A program made the position numbers and the translations under genes. Positions 41,349-51,385 of a stretch of DNA of 64,000 nucleotides are shown one piece after another (the first letter of the stretch is position 1; each line of letters opens with the position of its first letter). This DNA comes from Candidatus Levybacteria bacterium RIFCSPHIGHO2_01_FULL_38_26 (GTDB lineage: Bacteria > Patescibacteriota > Microgenomatia > Levybacterales > UBA12049): contig MFNO01000022.1 of the NCBI GenBank assembly GCA_001782075.1, positions 9,540 to 73,539 on the forward strand, written 5' to 3'. The notes under the pieces were generated by a model. It ran no database searches and was not told the origin of the DNA. It worked only from the letters and a program-made list of their open reading frames with translations.

Positions 41349-42272
41349 ATGCAAAACCCACAATTTAGTGTTAAGGAAGAAAAAGTAAACGAATTGCACA
41401 GTAGGTTTATAATAGAACCTTTGCCGTCAGGATATGGAAATACTATAGGAAATGCCTTAAGAAGGGTACTTCTTGCTTCCATAGAAGGAGTGGCGGTAAC
41501 ATCTGTTAAAATCTCTGGAGCGAAGCACAAATTCTCCACGATAGAGGGTCTTAAAGAAAATATCGTTGATCTTCTTCTTAATATAAAAGGATTAAATCTA
41601 AGGCTTCTTGATTCAAAAACAGAGAGCGTTGTTAAGCTTTCTATAAAAGGACCAAAAAAAATACTAGCGTCTGATTTGGATGTCCCAGAGGATGTTGAGA
41701 TTGTAAATAAAGATCATTATTTAGGTTCTCTAACGGATAAAAAGGCCAAGCTTGATTTGGAGATGACAGTTGAAAAAGGATTTGGTTACTCTCTAGCTGA
41801 GGAAAATAGATCTACTTCTTTGGGTGTTATTCCGGCAGATGCGGTTTTTACTCCTGTAACGTTGGTTAGCTACGAAGTGTCCGCGACTAGAGTTGGAAGA
41901 CAGACTGATTTGGATAAGTTAATTCTTAACGTTTGGACAAATGGAACAATCGCGCCCAAATCCGCATTGGATGAAGCAGCACGTATTTTGAGCGGTTATT
42001 TTTCTCAAGTCTACGAACCGCACCTTACAGCCATGGAGGACAATACTAGAAGAAGTTTAATCGTTGGCGATGACGTTATGCATCTTACAATTGACGAACT
42101 CGATCTTCCAACAAGAATTTATAACAGTCTTCGAAACGCGGATATAGAAAATATAGGTGATCTAATAAAAACACCGAAAAAAGACTTGATGGGAGTGCGC
42201 AACTTAGGTAGAAAATCGTTAGACATTGTAGACAAAAAACTCAAGGAAAAAGGTTTGTCGCTGATGGCTTAA
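41349..42272 (+). CDS. rpoA: RNA polymerase alpha subunit
   Basis: EPL..GYGNTIGNALRRVLL, NLGRKS; start ATG 41349. Confidence 0.98.
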   Translation: MQNPQFSVKEEKVNELHSRFIIEPLPSGYGNTIGNALRRVLLASIEGVAVTSVKISGAKHKFSTIEGLKENIVDLLLNIKGLNLRLLDSKTESVVKLSIKGPKKILASDLDVPEDVEIVNKDHYLGSLTDKKAKLDLEMTVEKGFGYSLAEENRSTSLGVIPADAVFTPVTLVSYEVSATRVGRQTDLDKLILNVWTNGTIAPKSALDEAARILSGYFSQVYEPHLTAMEDNTRRSLIVGDDVMHLTIDELDLPTRIYNSLRNADIENIGDLIKTPKKDLMGVRNLGRKSLDIVDKKLKEKGLSLMA

Positions 42273-42365
42273 GACACAAATAACCACGAATGACTGCACT
42301 AAATGCCACAAAGTGTTTTGCGGATTAGCGTTTTTATTTGTGGTTTTTAGCGTATTTCGCTTATT

Positions 42366-42923
42366 ATGAGAAAACAAGTTTTTGGACGACAGTTAGGCAG
42401 AGACGCAAACGAGAGAAAGGCTCTTTTTAAAGGCTTAATCTCTTCTTTGATTTTGCATGAGAGAATTAAAACAACAGAAGAAAAAGCAAAGGCTATTAAA
42501 GATTTGGCTGATAAAATTATCACAAAAGCTAAAAAAGGAGAAGGAAGCGCGAGGCGTCTTTTGCAAGGAGAGCTTTCTAAAGATGCAATAAATAAGCTTA
42601 TTATTAATATTGCCCCAAGGTTTGAAAAAAGACAGGGGGGTTATACTAGGTTAGTAAAGATAGGAAAAAGATTTTCAGACAATGCCTCAATGGTTTTGAT
42701 GGAATGGACAGAGGAGCGTAAAATCAAAGATCAACCTTCGTCCGGAGCTCAGGTCGAGGGAAATTCTCCGCCAAAGACGGATCAGCCTCTGGCTGAAAAA
42801 ATCAAAAATTTGGAAGAAGTAAAAGACAAGGACAATCAGCGCACTAGCGTTGAGAATAAAACTGCTACAACGAAAGGCAAGAAGTTGTTAAAAGCGTCAA
42901 GCAGGAGGACTAAAAAGAAATGA
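42366..42923 (+). CDS. rplQ: 50S ribosomal protein L17 with repeat-derived C-terminal extension
   Basis: IKTTEEKAK, RQGGYTR; tail encoded partly by palindromes at 42735-42796. Confidence 0.96.
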   Translation: MRKQVFGRQLGRDANERKALFKGLISSLILHERIKTTEEKAKAIKDLADKIITKAKKGEGSARRLLQGELSKDAINKLIINIAPRFEKRQGGYTRLVKIGKRFSDNASMVLMEWTEERKIKDQPSSGAQVEGNSPPKTDQPLAEKIKNLEEVKDKDNQRTSVENKTATTKGKKLLKASSRRTKKK

Positions 42924-43363
42924 AAAAAACAATTTCAACAAAAAAGTCGGACATAAAAAGATCGTGGCATTTGGTTGATGCTAATGAAAATATTTTGGGG
43001 AGAGCTTCAACCAAGATTGCCCAGTTTTTAATGGGAAAGTCGAAGCCTTATTTTGTGAGGAATTTGGATTGTGGAGATTATGTTGTAGTTGTTAACGCAG
43101 GTAAAGTAAAAGTTACAGGAAAAAAAGAACTTTTAAAAAAATACTACCGCTACTCTGGTTATCCTAGTGGCTTGAGAATAGAATCATTAGGTGAGTTGCG
43201 GCAGAGAAAGCCAGAGGAGGTTATTCGTCATGCTGTTTCTGGAATGTTGCCGCAAAACAAGTTGAGAGACAGGATGCTTGCAAGATTGTTTGTTTTTGAA
43301 GGAGAAGAACACCCATATAAAGATAAAATTAAAGATCAAAAATCAAATATAAAAAACGAATAG
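42920..43363 (+). CDS. rplM: 50S ribosomal protein L13
   Basis: WHLVDA, LGR, DCGDYVVVVNA, GMLP. Confidence 0.98.
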   Translation: MKKTISTKKSDIKRSWHLVDANENILGRASTKIAQFLMGKSKPYFVRNLDCGDYVVVVNAGKVKVTGKKELLKKYYRYSGYPSGLRIESLGELRQRKPEEVIRHAVSGMLPQNKLRDRMLARLFVFEGEEHPYKDKIKDQKSNIKNE

Positions 43364-43375
43364 AAGATTTAAGAT

Positions 43376-43852
43376 ATGGTTAAACAGGCTAAGAAAATAC
43401 AAGATAAGCAAGAAGTAAAAATTCCAAAAAAGAATTATGTTTTCGCTGTTGGGAGGCGCAAGGAGTCCGTGGCAAGAGTACGTCTTTATAGTACCGACAA
43501 TGTTTCATTGAGTGGAATTATGGTGAATAGGGGTGAGATTATTGTCAACAAGAAAAAAGCGGAGGATTATTTTGGAAAAGGAAGTTCGAATGTTTTTAAA
43601 GAGCCATTGCATATAACAAATACAGAAAATAAATTCGCAGTTACAGTAGTGGTTGTCGGAGGGGGAAAATCTGGCCAGCTCGGCGCAACAGTTTTGGGTA
43701 TTGCAAGAGCATTGGACAAACAAGACAAAGAAAAATTTAGACCATCTCTTAAGAAAAAAGGCTTTCTTACTCGTGATCCAAGAGTTAGAGAGCGCCGCAA
43801 AGTCGGCATGGGCGGAAAAGCGAGGCGAAAAAAGCAATCACCAAAGAGATAG
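43376..43852 (+). CDS. rpsI: 30S ribosomal protein S9
   Basis: GRRKESVARV, GGGKSGQ, LTRDPR, QSPKR. Confidence 0.98.
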   Translation: MVKQAKKIQDKQEVKIPKKNYVFAVGRRKESVARVRLYSTDNVSLSGIMVNRGEIIVNKKKAEDYFGKGSSNVFKEPLHITNTENKFAVTVVVVGGGKSGQLGATVLGIARALDKQDKEKFRPSLKKKGFLTRDPRVRERRKVGMGGKARRKKQSPKR

Positions 43853-44368
43853 GAATTTTTTGTTGTTCTTTAGTTTTTCTACCTCAAGGATGCACCATGG
43901 AGAGTATACATCCGGGTTCTTTTTTACATCTTCAACAAACTTATCCCAAGAAACCCATCTAATATCGTTTGCCTCGTCCTTATTTATCATTGGTTTTTGA
44001 TCTGTGAAGCCAATTAGAATAGGGCATATTTCGTTTTCTATAATTCCGTTTAATTCCACTTTGTATCGAAAATCAGGTATAATCTCAAAGATTTTAGTTT
44101 TAGTAATACCAAGTTCAAAGTTCAATCTTCTTTTTGCCGCATCAATGCTTGATTCATCCAGTGCCGGATGGCCGCAGCAGCTGTTGGACCAGACAAACGG
44201 CCATGTTTTTTTCTTGGCACTTCTCTGCTGAAGGAGAAGTTCGCCCTCTTTGTTGAAAAGAAACAGAGAAAAGCCTCGATGTAATGGTGTATCGTTGTTG
44301 TGGGTTTCGAGTTTTGAAGCAGTTCCCAATATTTTGTTATTTTCATTTACCAAAACAACGTGTTCCAT
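43838..44368 (-). CDS. idi: isopentenyl-diphosphate delta-isomerase type 1
   Basis: LHRGFS, LLQQR, WSNSCCGHP, ENEICP, YSPW; start ATG 44368. Confidence 0.95.
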   Translation of the reverse strand: MEHVVLVNENNKILGTASKLETHNNDTPLHRGFSLFLFNKEGELLLQQRSAKKKTWPFVWSNSCCGHPALDESSIDAAKRRLNFELGITKTKIFEIIPDFRYKVELNGIIENEICPILIGFTDQKPMINKDEANDIRWVSWDKFVEDVKKNPDVYSPWCILEVEKLKNNKKFLSLW

Positions 44369-44369
44369 T

Positions 44370-44687
44370 TTATCTTCTCCAAAAAGCAAAAATAAAACTT
44401 GCCAAAAGGTACAAAAGAAGTGCTTGCCAAAGTGCTATTGAGATTAGCGCTGTTCCCAAAAACAGCGAAATTAACTCTCTTTTTAATTCATAAACATCTA
44501 TTAAATATGCCCCAATTCTTCCAAGTACGAAAAGTATAGACAGTCCAATAAATGGAGAGAAAACTACCGGTAAAAGAATAGGCCGTCTGGTAACCTGTCT
44601 TACAGTGGCAAGGGGACGAAATGTGAGCCCCAGAAGAGTTTTGATCCAAATATATGTAGCAAAAATTAAAAATGTGCTTTTTTTCAT
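44370..44687 (-). CDS. small 3-TM membrane protein
   Basis: Hydrophobic ORF abutting idi; start taken at ATG 44687. Confidence 0.65.
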   Translation of the reverse strand: MKKSTFLIFATYIWIKTLLGLTFRPLATVRQVTRRPILLPVVFSPFIGLSILFVLGRIGAYLIDVYELKRELISLFLGTALISIALWQALLLYLLASFIFAFWRR

Positions 44688-44806
44688 GCCGCTTCGCTGA
44701 TCTTTCAATTTTAAATATTTATTTATATTGAACTTTTCACCTTTCTTCGTTACCTTTTTGGCAAGCTTCGCGGCATGACCCTTCCGTAGTTTTAACGACG
44801 GATCAT

Positions 44807-44828
44807 ATCATTCGACTCCGCTCATGAT
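44807..44828. repeat. palindromic repeat core (intergenic copy)
   Basis: ATCA-TTCGACTCCGCTCA-TGAT; same core as the copy in lepA. Confidence 0.7.
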
Positions 44829-45085
44829 TATAATTTGCCAAAAATTTTTAAAATAAACTCATCGTATCTCTGTCCAATTATACTATGAAATACAAAATTA
44901 ATAATAAATGCAAGCGGGACTAGGATTCGCAGCGGATGGTCGCCAAGCCAAAAACAGACAGTTCTAAAGACTTTTGGCATGGGCATGTTAATGATAATTT
45001 TTCCTTGTTCTCTGGCTCTTGCTTCTAAAGTTTTAATAAATTCATTCTCGTTCATACATTCGACTCTCGACTCTGTTCTATTCAA
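44828..45085 (-). CDS. small single-TM protein, candidate anti-sigma factor
   Basis: Overlaps the ECF stop; one hydrophobic helix; start may be 45055. Confidence 0.55.
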   Translation of the reverse strand: MNRTESRVECMNENEFIKTLEARAREQGKIIINMPMPKVFRTVCFWLGDHPLRILVPLAFIINFVFHSIIGQRYDEFILKIFGKL

Positions 45086-45627
45086 TAATCTGACGAAGAC
45101 TCATAAGCAAGCCGGAAGCGCTGCCTTGCCCTAAAAAGTAGAGATTCAGTAGCCTTAAACGATAGATTAAAAATTATTGACATTTCTTTAACTGATACTT
45201 TTTCTTCGTAGTGAAGCTTTAGTATATTTTGATATTTGCGGGAAATACTGAGAAATGCTGATTCAATCCTGTCTCTTATTTTATTTTTTTCGTATTCAAA
45301 TTCGGGCTGGCTAATTTCGTTCGCAACTATTTGCAGATATGGAATTTGTGACAGAAATATAGATTTGATCTTCTTTTTTCTATAAAAATCAACCATTTTG
45401 TTGTGGGCAATCTTGAAAAGCCAAGCTTGAATATTTTCTTCTTTCTTAAGCAGATACAAAGAATCAATAGCATCCAAAAATACGTCGTTGGTTAGATCTT
45501 GCGCGTCTTCAAATCTTGGTAACTTTTTTGAAAGATAGGACAAGACTTTGGGAGAGTAGAATTTGTAAAATTCAACTACCGCTTTGGTGTCTTTATTGAG
45601 AATACCTTTTATAAAGGAATGGGACAT
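45082..45627 (-). CDS. ECF (group 4) sigma-70 factor
   Basis: DAQDLTNDVF, WLFKIAHN (region 2); ESLLFRAR (region 4). Confidence 0.92.
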   Translation of the reverse strand: MSHSFIKGILNKDTKAVVEFYKFYSPKVLSYLSKKLPRFEDAQDLTNDVFLDAIDSLYLLKKEENIQAWLFKIAHNKMVDFYRKKKIKSIFLSQIPYLQIVANEISQPEFEYEKNKIRDRIESAFLSISRKYQNILKLHYEEKVSVKEMSIIFNLSFKATESLLFRARQRFRLAYESSSDY

Positions 45628-45703
45628 AGTCAGATTATATCAGATTTCTTCATCGAATGATTATTTTTAATTTTACGACTATATATGGGGTATTAAAATA
45701 CTT

Positions 45704-46849
45704 ATGGATTTGCGTGGTTACCTAAGCGTGTCTGACAGACGAAAGGGAGTAGAAGATAACATAGGAGTTAGCCTGAAAAACATTGGTAATTACTCTATAA
45801 ACGAAGAGATAGCATCTTCTAGAAATTGCGAGAACATGATAGGAGTTACGCAAATTCCCATAGGTATTGCTGGTCCATTAAAAATAAAAAGTGAATTTTT
45901 TAAAGAGGAGTTTTTCTTGCCTCTCGCTACAACCGAAGGGGTTTTGGTTGCCTCTGTAAGCAGGGGATGCAAAGCAATCACTCTAAGCGGAGGAGCTAAT
46001 GTTTTAAGTAAAAAAATAGGTATCACAAGGGCACCTGTTTTTGTTGTTGAGAATATTCTTGAAGGGAAAAAATTTGCAGATTGGGTGCATGCAAATTTTG
46101 ATCAACTGAAAAAAATTGCTGAAGACACATCTTCTCATCTAAAGCTTTTGGAGATAAAAGCTATCTCCATGGGAAGAAACGTTTATTTAAGATTTAGGTT
46201 TGACTCTCACGATGCAATGGGAATGAATATGGCAACAATTGCCGTAACAAAGTCAGCAGAATTTATCGAAAAAAAAGTTCATGTAAAGTGCGTAGCAGTT
46301 TCCGGCAACATGTGCGTTGACAAAAAACCTAATTTTCTGAATTTTATTGAAGGCAGAGGATATATGGTTTCAGCTGAGGCATTGATTCCCAAAAAACTTG
46401 TTAAAACTGTTTTGAAGGCTGAAATTAACGAAATTATAGAGGTTTATCAGCGGAAAATCGTTTACGGATCAGCACTCTCTGGGAGCATAGGGTCAAACGC
46501 TCACTTTGCCAATATTCTGGCGGCAATTTTTGCAGCTACTGGACAGGATTTGGCACATGTGGCAGAATGTTCTATAGGTACAACAACTATTGAGACAGTC
46601 AAAGATAGCCTCTATGCTTCGGTATATTTGCCAGATTTGGCAGTTGGAACAGTTGGCGGAGGAACAGGACTTGAGACTCAAAAAGAAGCATTGTCGATTA
46701 TGGGAGTTGCAGGTGGCGATAATGGTAAGAATGCTAGAAAATTTGCAGAGATTATCGGAGGTGCAGTTTTGGCAGGAGAAATTTCTCTTCTTGCTTCATT
46801 GGCAGAAGGTTCATTGGCATCGGTTCACAAAAGATTAGGCAGGGGATAA
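45704..46849 (+). CDS. hmgA: HMG-CoA reductase class I (NADPH, archaeal/eukaryotic-type)
   Basis: CENMIG, PLATTEG, DAMGMNM, GTVGGGT, LAGEISL. Confidence 0.96.
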   Translation: MDLRGYLSVSDRRKGVEDNIGVSLKNIGNYSINEEIASSRNCENMIGVTQIPIGIAGPLKIKSEFFKEEFFLPLATTEGVLVASVSRGCKAITLSGGANVLSKKIGITRAPVFVVENILEGKKFADWVHANFDQLKKIAEDTSSHLKLLEIKAISMGRNVYLRFRFDSHDAMGMNMATIAVTKSAEFIEKKVHVKCVAVSGNMCVDKKPNFLNFIEGRGYMVSAEALIPKKLVKTVLKAEINEIIEVYQRKIVYGSALSGSIGSNAHFANILAAIFAATGQDLAHVAECSIGTTTIETVKDSLYASVYLPDLAVGTVGGGTGLETQKEALSIMGVAGGDNGKNARKFAEIIGGAVLAGEISLLASLAEGSLASVHKRLGRG

Positions 46850-46862
46850 GTTTTAAATAAAA

Positions 46863-47900
46863 ATGAGTGGTATTGTTTCTTACGGTACATATATTCCTAA
46901 ATATCGTCTTAGGCTCTCAAGTATCGCCCAAATGTGGGGGAAAGACTCCGACGAGATAGAAGCGGGACTTCGTATGGTTGAAAAGGCAGTTTCCGGCTTT
47001 GACGAAGATGCAGTGACAATGGGTATTGAGGCAGGTAAAAAGGCAATTGAGTTGGCAGAGATTAAATCTGGTGAGCTTGAGAGTGTATATTTTGGTTCAG
47101 AAAGCCATCCTTATGCTGTTAAACCCTCTTCAACATCAGTTGCGCAGTATCTTGGTGTTGGAAACAATTATTTTGCGGCTGATTTGGAATTTGCCTGCAA
47201 AGCCGCAACTGCTGGAATGCAGGTGTCATCTGCTTTATTAAATAGCAAAGTCATAAAATATGGATTAGTAATAGGAAGTGATGCGGCACAAGGAAAACCC
47301 CATGATGCCTTAGAATATACAGCTGCAAGCGCGGCTTGTGCCTATATTTTAGGAAATAATAAAAACGAGATCATTGCAGAAATTCTTGAAATGTCATCAT
47401 TTTCCTCAGATACTCCGGATTTTTGGAGAAGAGACGGAGCAAGATATCCTTCCCACTTCGGAAGATTTACCGGAGAGCCTGCGTATTTTACCCATGTAAT
47501 GGGAGCGGCTAAAAATTTGTTTGCCAAAAGCAAGCTTAAGCCCTCTGATTTTGATTTTTGTGTATTTCATATGCCAAATGGTAAATTTCCACGAGTTGTT
47601 GGGAAAAAACTAGGTTTTACCAGCGAGCAACTAGCACCTTCTTTAATAGTAGATAAGATTGGCAATCCATATTCTGCGTCTTCTTTGATGGGATTGGCAT
47701 GTGTTTTGGATGTAGCAAAACCAAAGCAGAAAATATTTTTTGTTTCATATGGATCGGGAGCAGGATCAGATGGGTTTATATTTGAGACGACAGAGAAGCT
47801 CTTAAAAAGGCAAAAAAAGATAATTCCGGTACTAGAGCAGATAGAAGATAAGATTTATATTTCTTATCCAGAATATCTAAAGCACACACACGCAATATGA
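46863..47900 (+). CDS. mvaS: HMG-CoA synthase, archaeal-type
   Basis: GSESHPYAVKP, DLEFACKA, TPDFWRR, FHMPNGKFP, SYGSGAGSD. Confidence 0.95.
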   Translation: MSGIVSYGTYIPKYRLRLSSIAQMWGKDSDEIEAGLRMVEKAVSGFDEDAVTMGIEAGKKAIELAEIKSGELESVYFGSESHPYAVKPSSTSVAQYLGVGNNYFAADLEFACKAATAGMQVSSALLNSKVIKYGLVIGSDAAQGKPHDALEYTAASAACAYILGNNKNEIIAEILEMSSFSSDTPDFWRRDGARYPSHFGRFTGEPAYFTHVMGAAKNLFAKSKLKPSDFDFCVFHMPNGKFPRVVGKKLGFTSEQLAPSLIVDKIGNPYSASSLMGLACVLDVAKPKQKIFFVSYGSGAGSDGFIFETTEKLLKRQKKIIPVLEQIEDKIYISYPEYLKHTHAI

Positions 47901-49045
47901 AGATAAGTATATTAGGTACTGCAACAACCAAATTTGGAGAATTGTGGAACATTTCTCCTCGCGCGTTGGCAAAAGAAGCAATGATTAGTGCCCTAGATGC
48001 TTCGGGGTTAAAAGCTCATCAAATAGATGCATTGTTTGTGGGGAATATGCTATCTGGAATATTGGGAAATCAGGCAAATTTAGGATCACTTTTAGTTGAA
48101 GAATTGGGTGTTAACATCCCGGCATTTAGGATAGAGGGCGCATGTGCATCCGGAGGATTGGCTCTTCACAATGCGGTAAACAGTCTTAAAGCTTACCAAT
48201 ACAGGACAGCTTTAGTTTTAGGGATAGAAAAAATGACAGATCATAGTCAGGATGAGATTACAAATGCTCTTATGGCGGCGGGATCAGATGAAGAAAGATT
48301 GGCAGGCGCAACATTCCCGGGTGTATATGCTCTAATGGCACAGGCTTATATGCAAAAGTATAAAGTTACAGAAGAGGATTTAGCCGCAGTTTCTGTAAAA
48401 AATCATTATCATGGGACCCTTAATTCAAAGGCACAGTTCCAGTTTGAAGTATCAATTTCAGATGTTATGAAGAGTTCAAAGATTGCGGATCCACTTAAGC
48501 TTTTGGATTGCTCCCCTATTTCAGACGGGGCGGCAGCTGTTGTTATTACAAGCGATGAAAATTCTAAAAAAATTAAAAACAATGTTTATATCGCTGCAAG
48601 TGAAGTAGCAACAGATACTCTTAGCCTTCATGACAGAAAATCTTTCACAAGCCTTGAATCAGTAGTTAAGGCATCTAACAATGCGTACAAGAAAACAGGG
48701 ATAAAACCAAAAGACATTGACGTTTCTGAAATTCATGATTGTTTTTCAATTTCCGAGGCAATTGCAACAGAAGACTTGGGGTTTTCAGAAAAAGGAGAAG
48801 GCGCAATAGATATTGCCAAAGGAAAAAGAACTCTTTTTAAGGGAGATATTATTTGTAATCCCTCTGGTGGGCTTAAGGCTTGCGGTCATCCGGTTGGGGC
48901 AACCGGTATAAAACAAATAGTAGAGATAACAGAGCAATTACGCGGGGAGGCTGGAAAACGTCAGGTTGAAAAAGCGAAGATTGGCTTGACTCACAATGTT
49001 GGAGGGAGTGGAACAGTTGCCGCAATTCATATCTTGAGGAGTTGA
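47897..49045 (+). CDS. acetoacetyl-CoA thiolase, archaeal/SCP2-type
   Basis: EGACASG, CSPISDGAAA, EIHDCF, GHPVGATG, HNVGG. Confidence 0.93.
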   Translation: MKISILGTATTKFGELWNISPRALAKEAMISALDASGLKAHQIDALFVGNMLSGILGNQANLGSLLVEELGVNIPAFRIEGACASGGLALHNAVNSLKAYQYRTALVLGIEKMTDHSQDEITNALMAAGSDEERLAGATFPGVYALMAQAYMQKYKVTEEDLAAVSVKNHYHGTLNSKAQFQFEVSISDVMKSSKIADPLKLLDCSPISDGAAAVVITSDENSKKIKNNVYIAASEVATDTLSLHDRKSFTSLESVVKASNNAYKKTGIKPKDIDVSEIHDCFSISEAIATEDLGFSEKGEGAIDIAKGKRTLFKGDIICNPSGGLKACGHPVGATGIKQIVEITEQLRGEAGKRQVEKAKIGLTHNVGGSGTVAAIHILRS

Positions 49046-49050
49046 TATTT

Positions 49051-49353
49051 ATGATAACATCGCCTGTAAAACTTTGGAGAAGACAAAAAAGCGCATCATC
49101 TCTTATTGGGAAAAAGGGTAAGATTTTGCACTGGACAATTATTCGAGTTCCAGCAAAATCTTTTGTTGATCAGGCTCCGTATCCTGTGGTAATTGTGAAA
49201 GTGCAAAATGGAGAAAATATGATTGGACAACTAGTTGATTGGCAAAAAGAGGATTTAAAAGTTGGGCAGGATGTAGTATGTGTTTTGAGACGACTGCGCA
49301 CCGAAGAGAGAGAAAGCATAATCTACTACAATATTAAATTTAAACCTCTATGA
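49051..49353 (+). CDS. DUF35 OB-fold scaffold protein (no Zn ribbon)
   Basis: GKILHWTII, PYPVVIV, GQL, LRRL..IIYY..KF; follows thiolase and HMGS. Confidence 0.85.
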   Translation: MITSPVKLWRRQKSASSLIGKKGKILHWTIIRVPAKSFVDQAPYPVVIVKVQNGENMIGQLVDWQKEDLKVGQDVVCVLRRLRTEERESIIYYNIKFKPL

Positions 49354-50417
49354 AACTTATTAAAGTTTCTGCCCCGGGGAAACTTCATTTACTTGGTGAA
49401 CACGCAGTTGTTTATGGTAAACCTGCAATTATTGCTGCAATTGGCAAAAGATGTTTTGTCTATATAAAAAACCGTAGCGATAAAAAAATAAACATCTCAT
49501 CAGAAAGTTTTGGGAAAAGTAATAATTTTACAGAGAAAGAGATTATTGATAAAACAAAAAAAGCGCAGTTAAATTGGGAAAAGTATATAGAAAACAATGA
49601 CATTCTGCTTCTTAAGTCAATAACTTCAGATCCTCTTGATTTTCCGGCAATAATTATTGGAGAAAGTTTGAGGTATTTTAAAAAGAAGATTTCTTCTGGC
49701 TTTGACCTTAAAATAAAATCAGATATTCCGATTGGATCAGGCATGGGATCATCTGCAGCATTAAGCGTTGCTATTGCAGGAGGAATTTCCATATTTCTTG
49801 GTGAAGGCTTAAATAAAAACGTTATAAACGAAATTGCATTTAAATCTGAACAGAAAAAGCATGGTTTTCCATCTGGCGGTGATAACTCAGCAAGTTGTTT
49901 TGGTGGAATGATTTGGTATAGAAAAGAGTCCCCGGACTTAAAAATTATTCAGAAAATACCATTTGAATTTCCAGCAAAGTTATCACGAAACTTCTACGCG
50001 ATTCATACAGGCATACCTAGCGAATCGACAGGAGAAATGGTTAGTATTGTAAGAAATTTACATTCGAAAAGAAAAAATTTTGTGGATGGTATTTTATCTA
50101 ATCAAGAAAGATTGGTGGTGGAACTTTTATCTGCAGTCAAAAGAGAAGATGAGTTAGAAATTATAAATATTATTAAGAATGGCGAGAGAAATTTGGAGAA
50201 ACTTGGGGTGGTTTCTGATTCGGCAAAGTTGTTAATAAGATCAATTGAAAAAAATGGAGAAGCTGCGAAAATTTGTGGAGCAGGAGGAAAGAAAAAAGGA
50301 GCAGGAATAGTCTTGGTTTATAGTAAGCATACGGAGTTCGTAAAAAGCTTAGCAAAATTTCATAATTACAAATGCATAAATATTTATATGGGCGAGGAGG
50401 GTTTTAGAAAGGAATGA
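49350..50417 (+). CDS. mvaK1: mevalonate kinase (GHMP)
   Basis: PGKLHLLGEHAVVYG, PIGSGMGSSAA, SGGD, GAGG. Confidence 0.9.
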   Translation: MKLIKVSAPGKLHLLGEHAVVYGKPAIIAAIGKRCFVYIKNRSDKKINISSESFGKSNNFTEKEIIDKTKKAQLNWEKYIENNDILLLKSITSDPLDFPAIIIGESLRYFKKKISSGFDLKIKSDIPIGSGMGSSAALSVAIAGGISIFLGEGLNKNVINEIAFKSEQKKHGFPSGGDNSASCFGGMIWYRKESPDLKIIQKIPFEFPAKLSRNFYAIHTGIPSESTGEMVSIVRNLHSKRKNFVDGILSNQERLVVELLSAVKREDELEIINIIKNGERNLEKLGVVSDSAKLLIRSIEKNGEAAKICGAGGKKKGAGIVLVYSKHTEFVKSLAKFHNYKCINIYMGEEGFRKE

Positions 50418-51382
50418 ATAAGAAAATGGTTTCTGCACCTGGAAAATTGATGCTCATGGGTGAACACGCAGTTGTCTATGATCATCCTTGTCTTGTGACT
50501 GCGGTTGATCAGAGAATGTGGGTTACCATTGAATTGATGGATAATCAAGAGTTTTGGCTTGAGGCAAAGGACGTCGGGATAAAAGAACACAAAAAAACAT
50601 TAAAAGATTTGGGGAAAGGTGGAATTCCAAAAGGAGCAAAATTTGTAGAATTAGCGGTTAAAAATATCATTGAAAAGTATTCCTTGAAATCGGGTTTTAA
50701 AGTGGTTACAAAATCAGAATTCTCAAGCGAGTTTGGATTTGGATCCTCTTCTGCGTCAACAGTTTGTACAATAAAAGCAATATCGGAGATTTTTAAATTA
50801 AATTTATCGCATAAAGAAATATTTGATATTTCTTATAAAACAGTTCTGGATATTCAGGGAAAAGGATCGGGATTTGATGTTGCCGCGTCAGTATATGGTG
50901 GAACATTATATTTCTTGACCGGAGGAAGAGCGATTAAACCATTTGGTATTAAATCCTTGCCTTTAGTTGTAGGATATAGCGGGGTAAAAGCAGATACGGC
51001 TCAGCTTATAAATAAAGTAAAAGAAGATTATTTCACTAAAAAAGATCGTCTTGATGAGATTTATAATAAGATTGAAGTTTTAGTTAATCAGGGAAAAGAT
51101 GCGCTTGTTAAAAGGGATTGGAAAGCGCTTGGCAAATTAATGAATAAAAATCAGGAATATTTAGTTGAACTTGGTGTTAGCAGTGGTATGCTTGATAAGA
51201 TGATTGAGGCTGTATTACAAGCCGAGGCATATGGCGCGAAACTTTCAGGAGCTGGCGGCGGAGATTGTATGATCGCGATTGTTTCGGAGGGCAAGAAAGA
51301 AGCTGTCAAAAGAGCCATTTTAAGCACTGGGGGAACAATAGTTAATGTTGAAACAGATGCGGAAGGAGTTAAAGTAGAATAA
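50414..51382 (+). CDS. mvaK2: second GHMP kinase, probably phosphomevalonate kinase
   Basis: QGKGSGFDVAASVYGG and GAGGGDC as in bacterial PMK; pathway logic. Confidence 0.78.
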   Translation: MNKKMVSAPGKLMLMGEHAVVYDHPCLVTAVDQRMWVTIELMDNQEFWLEAKDVGIKEHKKTLKDLGKGGIPKGAKFVELAVKNIIEKYSLKSGFKVVTKSEFSSEFGFGSSSASTVCTIKAISEIFKLNLSHKEIFDISYKTVLDIQGKGSGFDVAASVYGGTLYFLTGGRAIKPFGIKSLPLVVGYSGVKADTAQLINKVKEDYFTKKDRLDEIYNKIEVLVNQGKDALVKRDWKALGKLMNKNQEYLVELGVSSGMLDKMIEAVLQAEAYGAKLSGAGGGDCMIAIVSEGKKEAVKRAILSTGGTIVNVETDAEGVKVE

Positions 51383-51385
51383 ACA

